A stretch of DNA of 64,000 nucleotides from an uncultured candidate division Zixibacteria bacterium (GTDB lineage Bacteria > Zixibacteria > MSB-5A5 > GN15 > FEB-12), in contig CAVTJJ010000006.1 of NCBI GenBank assembly GCA_963735035.1, positions 160,001 to 224,000 of the forward strand, read 5' to 3'. Of this stretch, positions 6,791-15,613 are shown in pieces. Below the pieces are notes generated by a model. It was not told the DNA's origin. It saw nothing but the letters and a program-made list of their open reading frames with translations, and ran no database searches. Position 1 is the first letter of the stretch; every line of letters begins with the position of its first letter. The position numbers and the translations under genes were made by a program.

Positions 6791-9775
6791 TTGTCCCAGT
6801 CTCTGACCGAGAGTCTTTATTTCGATGGCCAACGATTGAACCAGCGGTCGAGCCAGGAACAGCTTTTGGTCTGCTGGATCGGGAATGCTTTCAGCGACTT
6901 GACGGCACAGGCTCAAGCCCCGTCTGGCGAAAGCAAAAGCCTTTTCGTAATTACCTTCAATCTTAGCTATTTGCCCCAGCATTGTGATAGAAGTGATAAG
7001 TTCCGGAACCAGTCCTGCTGTTTCAGCAAGGCCGCGTGCCGTTTCAAACCGGCTTGCCGCCTGCCGGCGTTCCTGCCGGTTCAAGTAAACAACTCCTGCC
7101 AGATTGAGCATCCACGGTCGCTCGATATCCGACTCCGGGTCGACCAGCTCGTCGACCAGCGATTTGGCGAAGTCGAACGCACGCTCAACATCTCCCGCTT
7201 CCAGTAGGAACTCGAGTCGCCCAAACCAGAGCACACGGCGCTCCCGGTTGAGCCGTTGCTCGATGACCATCTTATTGGCACTTTCCCAATATTGGGAATC
7301 ATCAGTAAGCCGTACCAGGAGAAGTAGGCTCTCCAGTTTCGCGACCGTGCTCTTCGCCTCGGAAGCCGCACAATGGACCTTCTGTGCGATAGTCAGGGCG
7401 CTCGCGTAGTCTCCCAAACCCCGTCGGATACTGGCCTTTCGGATTTCTGATCGCAGGCTCATGAAGTAGTCATCCAGAGTGGCGAGAATACTGGTTACCT
7501 TGTCGAGTGATCTAAGCGAGTCATTGAAACGACCCTCCCGCTCGAATATGTAGGCTTGATAATAGGACATTGAAGCTTCGTGAGCCATCAAGTTGCTGGC
7601 TTTCGCGAGGGATAGTCCTTCGTCAATCAGGGTATGCGACTTTTCTAATTCTCCCGCTGTGACTCTAACTGCTACGAGATTCTCGAGATTATAAAGGATT
7701 TCTTTCTTACTTCCTATTTGGCGGTTTATCTGCAGGGCCTCAGTCAACGAGTCGGCTGCTTTGGCGCGAGAGCCAGCTACCTGATGAGCATACCCCAGAT
7801 TGTTTAGGGTACGGGCGATCTCGCCAAGATTGCCGATTTCCCTCTTGAGGGAGAGAGTATGGTTGAATAGGAATATGCCGCGTTTCATTTGACCGCGTAC
7901 GCAGCAAACCGAAGCAATGTTCTGCAGGGTAGAAGCAATATCCGGCTTGGCTTTGAGCCGTTTCTGAATCTTGTAGGCTTCGCGATAAAAGGCGAGGGCT
8001 CGCCGGGTATCGTCACTGTACCAGTGGACGTTACCAATGTTGGTAAGCGTGTGGGATATCTCCAATTCGTCACCAAGATCGCGGAAGACGGCCAGAGATT
8101 TATCGAGTGCCTCCAGGGCCAATTTGCTCTTCTGACGAAGTCGGTACACGTCCCCCAGGTACTTGTAGGTCTCGGCTAGCAGCTTATCGACCGGGCGTTT
8201 GTCGTAGAGTTGGATTACCCGAAGATATTCTTTCTCCGCCTGATCGAGTTCTCCGACATCCTTGTGGATAGTTCCCTTGAGTTTTAGGGCCCGTCGTATG
8301 TCGTACTCCCGGCCGGTCAGTCGAGCGTGACGATCCAGAGCCAGCAGGAGGGCCAGAGCTTCCGGCGTATGGTTCTCTTTCGTCATGGTGGCTGCGGCCA
8401 GTTCGGCGCACCGTTCGGCCTCGGTGAGGTTCCCGGCTTGCATATGAAGGCGACAGGCCAGTTCGTGGGCGTTCTGCCGGTACGCTACTGTTGCAAGGTG
8501 AGCCGACAGTGTCTCTATTGTCCGCGGACGTAGGAGTTGTTGCAGCAGTCCTGTCAGGGCCGCAGGTGCTGCCGCTTCAGGCCAAGCGCGGGTCGGTTCG
8601 ATACAGGCAAGAGCGTCATTTCCACCGACTACCGCAGTGCGTACTGCAATTCTTTTCGCCGACCAATCGGCTTTCGAAAACCAGCTCAGGGTTCGGCGAC
8701 GCATAGCGCAAGGCCAATATGCGGGTGCGTCGAGTCGGAACTTCCCGTCGACATATTTCAAACGGTCACGAATGAAGTTACCGGTCAATAGCAGGCGTAG
8801 GTTCTCCGTCTTACCGTCTGTTAGGTCGAGCAAGCGCTTGTGGTCGGGTTCGGAAAGGGCAAGGTGTCGTTCTATGAACCCGTCAAACGAATCATCTGCC
8901 CGAAATAGGAAGGCCGGCCGCAAGGCTTTTCGGAACGGATATTGAGCTCCTACCTGTTCAAGCATTTCGCACACCTGCCAGCCCGACTGAGGTCGCTCGC
9001 TATCCGTTTTGGAGAGAAGCTGCATTACCAGATCGCTGAGTTCTTCAGGGACGTCCGGGCGCAGTGCCGAAGGGCTCTTCGGGGTGTGTTCACATATGTG
9101 GCTGTTTATTTTGACAGGATCTGTCCCATCGTCATGGAACGGATGCCTTCCAGTAAGCAGTTGATACGCTATGACACCGAGCGCAAACAGGTCCGAGCAG
9201 TGGCTGGTACGATGTTCGCGAATGGTCTCGGGCGCCATGTAGCCGATCGTTCCCAATCCCAGCCGCACACTCTCCGGCTCGTCGTTGCGCCGTCCGAGAG
9301 AAAAATCGGACAGCTTGAGGAAGAAGAGTTGGTCTGATCTGAGCGAAGACCAGGCTTCAGGGAGAAACAGGTTGTGTGGCTTCAGGTCTCCGTGGATCAA
9401 TCCGACAGCGCGCAGGAATTCGAGATCAAGCGCCGCCGCCGAGATGATATTCATGGCTGCAGCTAGATCGTCAATGCGCGCTACTTTATCGAGAGTTGGT
9501 CCGGCGCAGAGTTCCAGTACCAGATGGTCGAATTCTGGTGATGGGTCAGTTAGCGGACGAACAAGACCGGGGAAGCGATAGCCGCCGATCAAGGCATATT
9601 CACGACGAACCAGACCGGCGAATTTTTCGGTTGAGAGTTCCGGGTCGGTAAGGGCGTACTTGACAGCAACGGGCTTGTTGATCTGAATGTGGAACGCCCG
9701 CACGACTTCAGCCGTGCCGCCCTGTCCGAGAGGGCACGTGGCCCGCAGGGCAGTATCTTCGACAGGTCGATACAT
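6770..9775 (-). CDS. Hanks-type Ser/Thr protein kinase with long C-terminal TPR array
   Basis: LGQGGTAEV, VAVK, IHGDLKPHNL, SDFS, GTIGYMAPE, SDLFALG; repeated TPR units (e.g. IARTLNNLGYAH, ISHTLTNIGNVH); no TM segment. Confidence 0.9.
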   Translation of the reverse strand: MYRPVEDTALRATCPLGQGGTAEVVRAFHIQINKPVAVKYALTDPELSTEKFAGLVRREYALIGGYRFPGLVRPLTDPSPEFDHLVLELCAGPTLDKVARIDDLAAAMNIISAAALDLEFLRAVGLIHGDLKPHNLFLPEAWSSLRSDQLFFLKLSDFSLGRRNDEPESVRLGLGTIGYMAPETIREHRTSHCSDLFALGVIAYQLLTGRHPFHDDGTDPVKINSHICEHTPKSPSALRPDVPEELSDLVMQLLSKTDSERPQSGWQVCEMLEQVGAQYPFRKALRPAFLFRADDSFDGFIERHLALSEPDHKRLLDLTDGKTENLRLLLTGNFIRDRLKYVDGKFRLDAPAYWPCAMRRRTLSWFSKADWSAKRIAVRTAVVGGNDALACIEPTRAWPEAAAPAALTGLLQQLLRPRTIETLSAHLATVAYRQNAHELACRLHMQAGNLTEAERCAELAAATMTKENHTPEALALLLALDRHARLTGREYDIRRALKLKGTIHKDVGELDQAEKEYLRVIQLYDKRPVDKLLAETYKYLGDVYRLRQKSKLALEALDKSLAVFRDLGDELEISHTLTNIGNVHWYSDDTRRALAFYREAYKIQKRLKAKPDIASTLQNIASVCCVRGQMKRGIFLFNHTLSLKREIGNLGEIARTLNNLGYAHQVAGSRAKAADSLTEALQINRQIGSKKEILYNLENLVAVRVTAGELEKSHTLIDEGLSLAKASNLMAHEASMSYYQAYIFEREGRFNDSLRSLDKVTSILATLDDYFMSLRSEIRKASIRRGLGDYASALTIAQKVHCAASEAKSTVAKLESLLLLVRLTDDSQYWESANKMVIEQRLNRERRVLWFGRLEFLLEAGDVERAFDFAKSLVDELVDPESDIERPWMLNLAGVVYLNRQERRQAASRFETARGLAETAGLVPELITSITMLGQIAKIEGNYEKAFAFARRGLSLCRQVAESIPDPADQKLFLARPLVQSLAIEIKTLGQRLGQKAKADL

Positions 9776-9793
9776 GGCGTTCTGCCTTGTGCG

Positions 9794-11593
9794 TCAGTGC
9801 GACTGAATGCGCGGAAGATTCACTACAAAAGTAGTGCCGTTGCCGGCTACCGAGGACACGGACAGAACACCACCGTGCTGCTCGATAATCGCTTTACAGT
9901 TGTACAGGCCGAGTCCGTGGCCGCCCTTCTTGGTGGTAAAATGCAGGTTGAATATCTTCGTAAGGGTTTCCGGCGACATGCCGTTACCGTTATCCTTGAT
10001 GCTAACGGCGAGCTTGTCGGTCTTACGGTCGAATTCAGTACGAATGACGATCTCCCGCTTGAACTCCGCCGGGTCCGCTCCATCGGCCGTAGCCCGTTCT
10101 TCAATCGCGTCTGAGGCGTTATTCAGCAAGTTGAGCAGCACCTGCTGGATCTGACCAACATCCATCTCAACGGGTGGGATTTCATCGGCCAGATCGATCG
10201 TGAAATGCACCATCTTGAAGCGTGGTTGAATTTGCAGCGAGAACAGCAGATCATCGATAAGATGCTTTATATCGTAGCTGATGTATTCCGGCTCCGGTTT
10301 GGAGAAATCCATCAGGTTGTCGACAAACTTCTTGATCTTGAAAATATTGTCCGTAATCGACTTGGCGTTGAACTTGACCTTGTCGAATTTCTCCCGGTCG
10401 ATGTTTACCGTCATCAGCTCGGCGTTGTTGGCGATGATCGACAGATAGTTGTTCAGTTCGTGGGCGACCGACGCCGCCATTTCACCTCGGGCTACCAGCT
10501 TTTCGGACAGTATGACATACTGTTCCATGGTGACCTTTTCGGTGATATCTTCGATCGCCATGATGAGGCCGTCGCGCCCGTCGGGGAGATGGTCCAGCGG
10601 GGAAATTTTGAGCGACAGTACTTTTTCGAGATAACGGGTATGATGATAGAACCTCGGCTCGGCCACTTCGTGGCCGGTCGTCAATACCATATTGATCATT
10701 GACTGCCAGCGCTGCCGTTGAGATTCCGGAAGTGTGTCCAGGAATTTGGTCTGATCGCCGCCGGTCTTCAAATCGGTTACCTTGTCTTTGTCGAGATCGA
10801 ATATTTCGAGGGCGGCCGGATTGATAGTCAGAATTCTTCCACGGGCATCGATCACCACGATGCCGACCGGGGAGTTCGACACCACGGAATCATTGTATTC
10901 TTCGAGGCGCAGGACCTGTTCGTATACATGGGCGTTGTGCAGCGCATTGGCCACCATCTGTGCGTACAGCTCGAACAGATAGAGATCGGATTTGAGAAAC
11001 ATGCGCGACTGGCTGGAATTATCGAGATAGATAACGCCAAAGATCTTGTCCTTGATTTTGATGGGCACGCACATGATCGAGCACAGATGCAACTCGATGA
11101 CCGATTGCTGCTGGGCATAACGGTTATCGTTCTGAGCATCGGAACTGTAGATCGACCGACCGGTTCTGATAACCTCGCGAGCGGTACTGGTCGAGATTTT
11201 GAACTCGTCCTGGACCATGTCTTCGCGACACAAGTTGTAGACCGCTCTGACCTGCAGCTCACCGTCGTCGTCAAGAAGCATGATCAGACCGCGTTCGGCC
11301 TGCATCAACTCGATGGCTTTCATCATGACCAACTGCAGGACATCGTCGATAACCAGCGAGGAATTGGCCGCCATCGAGACTTCGAGCAGGGCCCGGAGGT
11401 CTGACTGGCGCGTATTCATCTCGGTTGGTTCGTCGGCCAGCCGCGGATTAGATTCCGCAACTTCGTCCAGCGTGGCCTCCAAGTCGGCAAAGAGGTCGAT
11501 TGACGGCTTGTCGCCTGCGTCAGCTACCTGGGTTCGGACTCCGGTAGAATCCGAATGGGACCGTTTACGTGAGTGTTTGGTAGTCTTATCCAT
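9794..11593 (-). CDS. Soluble GAF-PAS histidine kinase
   Basis: GAF (AERGLIML...SIMCVPI...GVIYLDN); PAS (SPVGIVVIDARGRILTINPAA); H-box VAHELNNYL; N-box LNLLNNASDA; DNGNGM; GHGLGL. Confidence 0.92.
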   Translation of the reverse strand: MDKTTKHSRKRSHSDSTGVRTQVADAGDKPSIDLFADLEATLDEVAESNPRLADEPTEMNTRQSDLRALLEVSMAANSSLVIDDVLQLVMMKAIELMQAERGLIMLLDDDGELQVRAVYNLCREDMVQDEFKISTSTAREVIRTGRSIYSSDAQNDNRYAQQQSVIELHLCSIMCVPIKIKDKIFGVIYLDNSSQSRMFLKSDLYLFELYAQMVANALHNAHVYEQVLRLEEYNDSVVSNSPVGIVVIDARGRILTINPAALEIFDLDKDKVTDLKTGGDQTKFLDTLPESQRQRWQSMINMVLTTGHEVAEPRFYHHTRYLEKVLSLKISPLDHLPDGRDGLIMAIEDITEKVTMEQYVILSEKLVARGEMAASVAHELNNYLSIIANNAELMTVNIDREKFDKVKFNAKSITDNIFKIKKFVDNLMDFSKPEPEYISYDIKHLIDDLLFSLQIQPRFKMVHFTIDLADEIPPVEMDVGQIQQVLLNLLNNASDAIEERATADGADPAEFKREIVIRTEFDRKTDKLAVSIKDNGNGMSPETLTKIFNLHFTTKKGGHGLGLYNCKAIIEQHGGVLSVSSVAGNGTTFVVNLPRIQSH

Positions 11594-11626
11594 TCCAACC
11601 TGTCGAAAAAAGGTTTTTCAACCAAA

Positions 11627-11654
11627 TTATCGGCGGGCGGTCCGGTTTCCTTGA
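11627..11654 (-). promoter_or_regulatory. sigma28 (FliA/WhiG)-like promoter for the His kinase-Ser/Thr kinase pair
   Basis: Minus strand TCAAG-N15-GCCGATAA (perfect sigma28 -10). Confidence 0.55.
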
Positions 11655-11673
11655 CTGGCTGGATCGGGGTGGG

Positions 11674-11696
11674 AAAAACCCTGCTGTTAGAGGGTT
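11674..11696 (-). terminator. Weak intrinsic terminator after the DUF4390 gene
   Basis: Minus strand AACCCT-ctaacagc-AGGGTT-TTT. Confidence 0.4.
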
Positions 11697-11697
11697 C

Positions 11698-12330
11698 TTA
11701 AGGCGTTTGGGGGACATCCCCAAGAGTAAAGGGTCGTGACTTGACCGAATATTGCCTACGCCCGTAATCGGTCAGCTCCAGGAACCGGCGAAACAAGTAC
11801 TTAACCGGGGAATCGGCCCCCTCGTCCGAGGACACTTTGTCGGCCAGGTTCAGATCGGTCAGGAATATTGAGGTTATCTTGAAATTGACTTTGAGGGTCT
11901 TTTCAGGATCAATCGCGGACACTTTCTGGACACAAATTTCCACCGAATCGGCCAAATACCCCTCGATCTTGCCGGAATCGATTAGCGTTCTGGCTTGGCT
12001 GCTGTCGCCGGGATCGAGTACGAAATCGTCAGTTACCTTACGGTAGCTCAGACGTACGGTCCGGACTCGTTCCGTCACCTGATGGTCGCTCCAGAGCCAG
12101 CGGGGAGTGCTGAGTTCGACCCGGCATTCCAGCGCGATGTCGACTCCGTCGCTAAGTCGGTCCCAGCCCTGCCCATCGAGCAGCGGAGAAAGATCGATCC
12201 AGGTTGTCAGGCAGGAGTCTCTGATGAAAAGGTCATAGAAGAACTCGGGTTCATTCGCAGGGGTTGTCTGCGAATGAACCGATGAGATCGTCGACAGCGA
12301 CAACGCAAGTAGCAACGCAAGTTTCTTCAT
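11698..12330 (-). CDS. Exported DUF4390-like protein
   Basis: Signal peptide MKKLALLLALSLSTISSVHS; LSDGV...PRWLWSD..V...R.VRLSY pattern; NtrY/NtrX-like neighbours are the usual DUF4390 context. Confidence 0.6.
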   Translation of the reverse strand: MKKLALLLALSLSTISSVHSQTTPANEPEFFYDLFIRDSCLTTWIDLSPLLDGQGWDRLSDGVDIALECRVELSTPRWLWSDHQVTERVRTVRLSYRKVTDDFVLDPGDSSQARTLIDSGKIEGYLADSVEICVQKVSAIDPEKTLKVNFKITSIFLTDLNLADKVSSDEGADSPVKYLFRRFLELTDYGRRQYSVKSRPFTLGDVPQTP

Positions 12331-12357
12331 GGAACCAATGGCGCCCTGTCGCGCCCG

Positions 12358-14118
12358 TTACATGGAAAAACTCAGGCGCGCGAACAGGCGCGGATCATCA
12401 GCATACGACCGATCCAACCGTTTGGCCAGCCCGATCTTGAAGTCGCTCCCAATGTACATGGCAACTCCGAGCGAATGCTTGGCCTCCGACTTGTCAAAAC
12501 TCGAAGATTCATCGACCTGGCCGATATCCCACATCAACGAAGCCGCCAGATCACTGTGGGGGAAATCAACCCGGTATTCAGTATTGACCATCCACAGATA
12601 TGCGCCGGAATACTCCTTGTGTTTGTAGCCGTATAGAGTGCCGAGGCCGCCCAGGTAGAAGCGGCGGTGCATCGGCAGAATACCGTCCGAACCGCCGTAG
12701 GTTCCCCGCAACAGGAGCATCGTCTGGTGAGTCACTTGCTGATAGCGCGCCGCCGATAACCGAAAGCGGGTATAGTCGAAATCAGAATCGAGGCCGGGGC
12801 TGGATTTTTCTATCACGGCATTGGCTGCCCAGCCGGATCTATAGAATGGGTCATGCGAGTCACGAGTGTCATAAGTTGCCTGGGCGTAAAGCGAGGCGTT
12901 GACTCCCGAATCAATTTGGCCGATTCCTTTCGCCCGTGACACAGAATCTACCGTACTGAAATTGGCGGCGAACTTGTCCTCGCCGGCAAAGAGCGACCAT
13001 AAGTTAGGTTGAGCGTCCAGCCATTTTGTTTCCTCATACCGGAAGCCGGTTTCTAAGTCCAAGTTATGCAGGGGACTGGAGCGTAACCAGAGAGAGCCAC
13101 CTTCCGCCTCGTAATAGTCCTTATAGTCTTCCCTGGCTATAATGGCAAAACAGGTGTTCTCTTCGCCTGACAGGAGCCAGTCGTCATCCGATGCCAACAG
13201 CCGATACGCCTTACCGCCCACGGCCAGGGAGGGATGCCGAAGCAACGTTTGTTCCAGGCCGAGTTCGTAGCGCCATCGCTCTGATTCGAAAGCATATCCG
13301 CCTCCGGCCCAGACTGAGGGTAGTAAAGAGTCAGGGTCTGAGAATTTGAGCATCATTCCCAACGATAGTCCGTCAACCCGATTGTAACCGCAGATCTTAT
13401 CGGGGCTGGAAATGTCAAAGTAGTCGGCGTAGACGTTTCGGAAACGGCGATACCGATGGCGTCGTCCGATCCGATCATCTGAGCCCGAACGAACTGAACC
13501 GTAGACCGCCGCGTCTCCGGCCAACTGAATCTTACCAGTGACAGAGACAATATCACCCCGAATCGTCGCCGAATCGCCGACAGTGATATCGCCAAACAAC
13601 GAGATGACATCCTTGTTTACTTCGCCGTATACCTTGATGTCACCAGTTAGCGAGAAGACCGAACCGCGAACAAAATCATCGTCCTGCACGACTATCGAAT
13701 TGGACGGATCTATTATGTTACCTCGGCGGGTGCGGCCGACTTGATCGCCGTTGCCGCGAGAATAGAAGCTCACTACGGTGTACCCTTCCTGTCGTTCGAC
13801 AGAAATGTCTGAGACGTCAGAGAAGCGGTACAGGGTGTCGTTGACAAGCAGACCTTCCTGATCGATCAGTTTCTGACCGTCAGCCAATATCTCCTCGCCC
13901 CGTACTTTCACTGTGGGGAGTTGCGACATGTATACGCTGGTGTCGCCATTCTCGAGCACGGCGCATCCGAACGAGTCTTTGTCGAACATCAGCCTGAACA
14001 TCAGGCGAGGGCCAGAGTCTTCTTTGTAGTCAGCGTACTGTGCCTGGACAGGCCCGACAACGGTGAGAACCATCAAAGTTGCAGCGAGAACGAAGAGCGA
14101 GTTGTTTTTCCGAATCAT
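12358..14118 (-). CDS. Outer-membrane protein: N-terminal bactofilin/polymer-forming-like repeats plus Omp85/BamA-TamA-type beta-barrel
   Basis: ATG 14118 with RBS GGAGG; signal peptide ..VQA; repeats GSVFSLTGDIKVYGEVNKDVISLFGDITV..IRGDIVSVTG; YNRVDGL; FYLGGLGTLYGY; C-terminal RLSFSM. Confidence 0.7.
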   Translation of the reverse strand: MIRKNNSLFVLAATLMVLTVVGPVQAQYADYKEDSGPRLMFRLMFDKDSFGCAVLENGDTSVYMSQLPTVKVRGEEILADGQKLIDQEGLLVNDTLYRFSDVSDISVERQEGYTVVSFYSRGNGDQVGRTRRGNIIDPSNSIVVQDDDFVRGSVFSLTGDIKVYGEVNKDVISLFGDITVGDSATIRGDIVSVTGKIQLAGDAAVYGSVRSGSDDRIGRRHRYRRFRNVYADYFDISSPDKICGYNRVDGLSLGMMLKFSDPDSLLPSVWAGGGYAFESERWRYELGLEQTLLRHPSLAVGGKAYRLLASDDDWLLSGEENTCFAIIAREDYKDYYEAEGGSLWLRSSPLHNLDLETGFRYEETKWLDAQPNLWSLFAGEDKFAANFSTVDSVSRAKGIGQIDSGVNASLYAQATYDTRDSHDPFYRSGWAANAVIEKSSPGLDSDFDYTRFRLSAARYQQVTHQTMLLLRGTYGGSDGILPMHRRFYLGGLGTLYGYKHKEYSGAYLWMVNTEYRVDFPHSDLAASLMWDIGQVDESSSFDKSEAKHSLGVAMYIGSDFKIGLAKRLDRSYADDPRLFARLSFSM

Positions 14119-14147
14119 AATCGAACCTCCAATTTGCGCGGATATAC

Positions 14148-14164
14148 AACAAGTTCTGTGCCAA
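14148..14164 (-). promoter_or_regulatory. sigma54 (-24/-12) promoter
   Basis: Minus strand TTGGCAC-AGAAC-TTGTT, 30 nt upstream of ATG 14118 and directly downstream of a sigma54 activator gene. Confidence 0.7.
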
Positions 14165-14214
14165 CGCGTCAACTTGTGATTTTACGGGCATTTAGAGGAA
14201 ATATCGATACCCCG

Positions 14215-14233
14215 GCGTGTGATCTCGCCACGC
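14215..14233. promoter_or_regulatory. Candidate upstream activator (enhancer) site
   Basis: Palindrome GCGTG-N9-CACGC about 80-95 nt upstream of the predicted sigma54 start site. Confidence 0.4.
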
Positions 14234-14266
14234 TCACGCACAGAATCAAGGCACGGATTTGATACA

Positions 14267-15613
14267 TCAGGATTCGCGGCCCTTCAGCCCGAAATCTTTC
14301 ACCTTGCGGGAAAGGTTGGCCCGGTCGAGACCGAGACGCCGCGCGGCTTCGGCGATATTTCCGTCGCAGGTCGCCATGACCTGCCCGATCAATTCGCGCT
14401 CGAAACGCAGCATTTGATCCGATAGTGTTACTTCGGCCTGGCTCGACTCGGCCCCTCGACCAGAGCCCAGGCTGGGTGTCACATCGGCGACATCAACCGT
14501 GCGGCCGGAGTAGAGAATAGTCAATCGTTCGATCAGGTTCTTTAGTTGTCGCACATTGCCGGGATACTGATGCATACTCAGGGTCGCCATTGCGGCCGGA
14601 GTGAATCGGGTGCGGACGGCAGGATCGTAACGCTTGAGAAACTCACCGATCAGGAGGGGGATGTCATCCGGTCGTTCCGACAGGGGCGGCACTTCGATTC
14701 TAAAGACTGAGATGCGATAGAAGAGGTCCTGGCGGAACTTACCTTGAGAGATAAGTTGCTCGAGGTTCTGGTTCGTAGCGCAGATCACGCGTACGTCCAC
14801 CTGGCGAGGCTGAGCAGAGCCGAGGGTCTCGATCTCACCGGTTTCGAGGACGCGCAGAAGCTTCGCCTGGCAGGGGAGAGACAGATCGCCGATTTCATCG
14901 AGGAAGATTGTCCCTCGGTCGGCCAGCGCGAACTTGCCGGGGTTGTTCTTCACTGCCCCGGTAAAGGCGCCGCGCACATGGCCGAACAACTCGGATTCGA
15001 ACAAAGTCTCCGGGATTCCGGGGCAGTTGACCTTCAGGTAGGGCATGGTGCGCCGCTTGCTCTGAAGGTGAATCCGCGTCGCCACGAGTTCCTTGCCGGT
15101 GCCGTTGGCGCCGGTAATCAGAACCGTCGCGTCGGTCGGAGCAACATGACCGATGCTCCCCATGAGCTTCCGGACAGCCTCGGACTGACCAACTATGCGG
15201 CATTGCTCGTCGATTTCGTCCAGGGCGATGCGCCTCTGGCGTTCGGCCGAGGCCAGGGCTAAGGCGGCGTTTACTGAAGCTATCAGCTTTTCGGGCGGCA
15301 CCGGTTTTTCGAGGAAATCGACCGCGCCCAGCCGGACGGCGCGAAGGGCATCCGGAATATCCGCCTGCCCGGATATCACCAGCACGGCGGGGGAGTTGGG
15401 GTCTTCTTTCAAGGATTTGAGAAACTCCAGCCCGTGCTTGCCCGGCAACTGGAGATCGAGAAGAATCAGATCAAACGTGTTGCTCGATAGGAGACGTTCC
15501 GCTTCTTCGGCCGACTCGGCCGCACGCGTCTGCATGCCTTCATCTTTCAGGAGAGACGAAAACGATGTCCGGATGTTATGCTCGTCATCGATTATCAGGA
15601 TTTTGGCCGGCAT
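14267..15613 (-). CDS. sigma54-dependent response regulator (NtrC/NtrX family)
   Basis: REC (ILIIDDE..LLDLQLP), Walker A GANGTGKE, GAFTGA loop, FLDEIGD, FRQDLFYRI, Fis HTH NIAEAARRLGLDRANL. Confidence 0.95.
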   Translation of the reverse strand: MPAKILIIDDEHNIRTSFSSLLKDEGMQTRAAESAEEAERLLSSNTFDLILLDLQLPGKHGLEFLKSLKEDPNSPAVLVISGQADIPDALRAVRLGAVDFLEKPVPPEKLIASVNAALALASAERQRRIALDEIDEQCRIVGQSEAVRKLMGSIGHVAPTDATVLITGANGTGKELVATRIHLQSKRRTMPYLKVNCPGIPETLFESELFGHVRGAFTGAVKNNPGKFALADRGTIFLDEIGDLSLPCQAKLLRVLETGEIETLGSAQPRQVDVRVICATNQNLEQLISQGKFRQDLFYRISVFRIEVPPLSERPDDIPLLIGEFLKRYDPAVRTRFTPAAMATLSMHQYPGNVRQLKNLIERLTILYSGRTVDVADVTPSLGSGRGAESSQAEVTLSDQMLRFERELIGQVMATCDGNIAEAARRLGLDRANLSRKVKDFGLKGRES

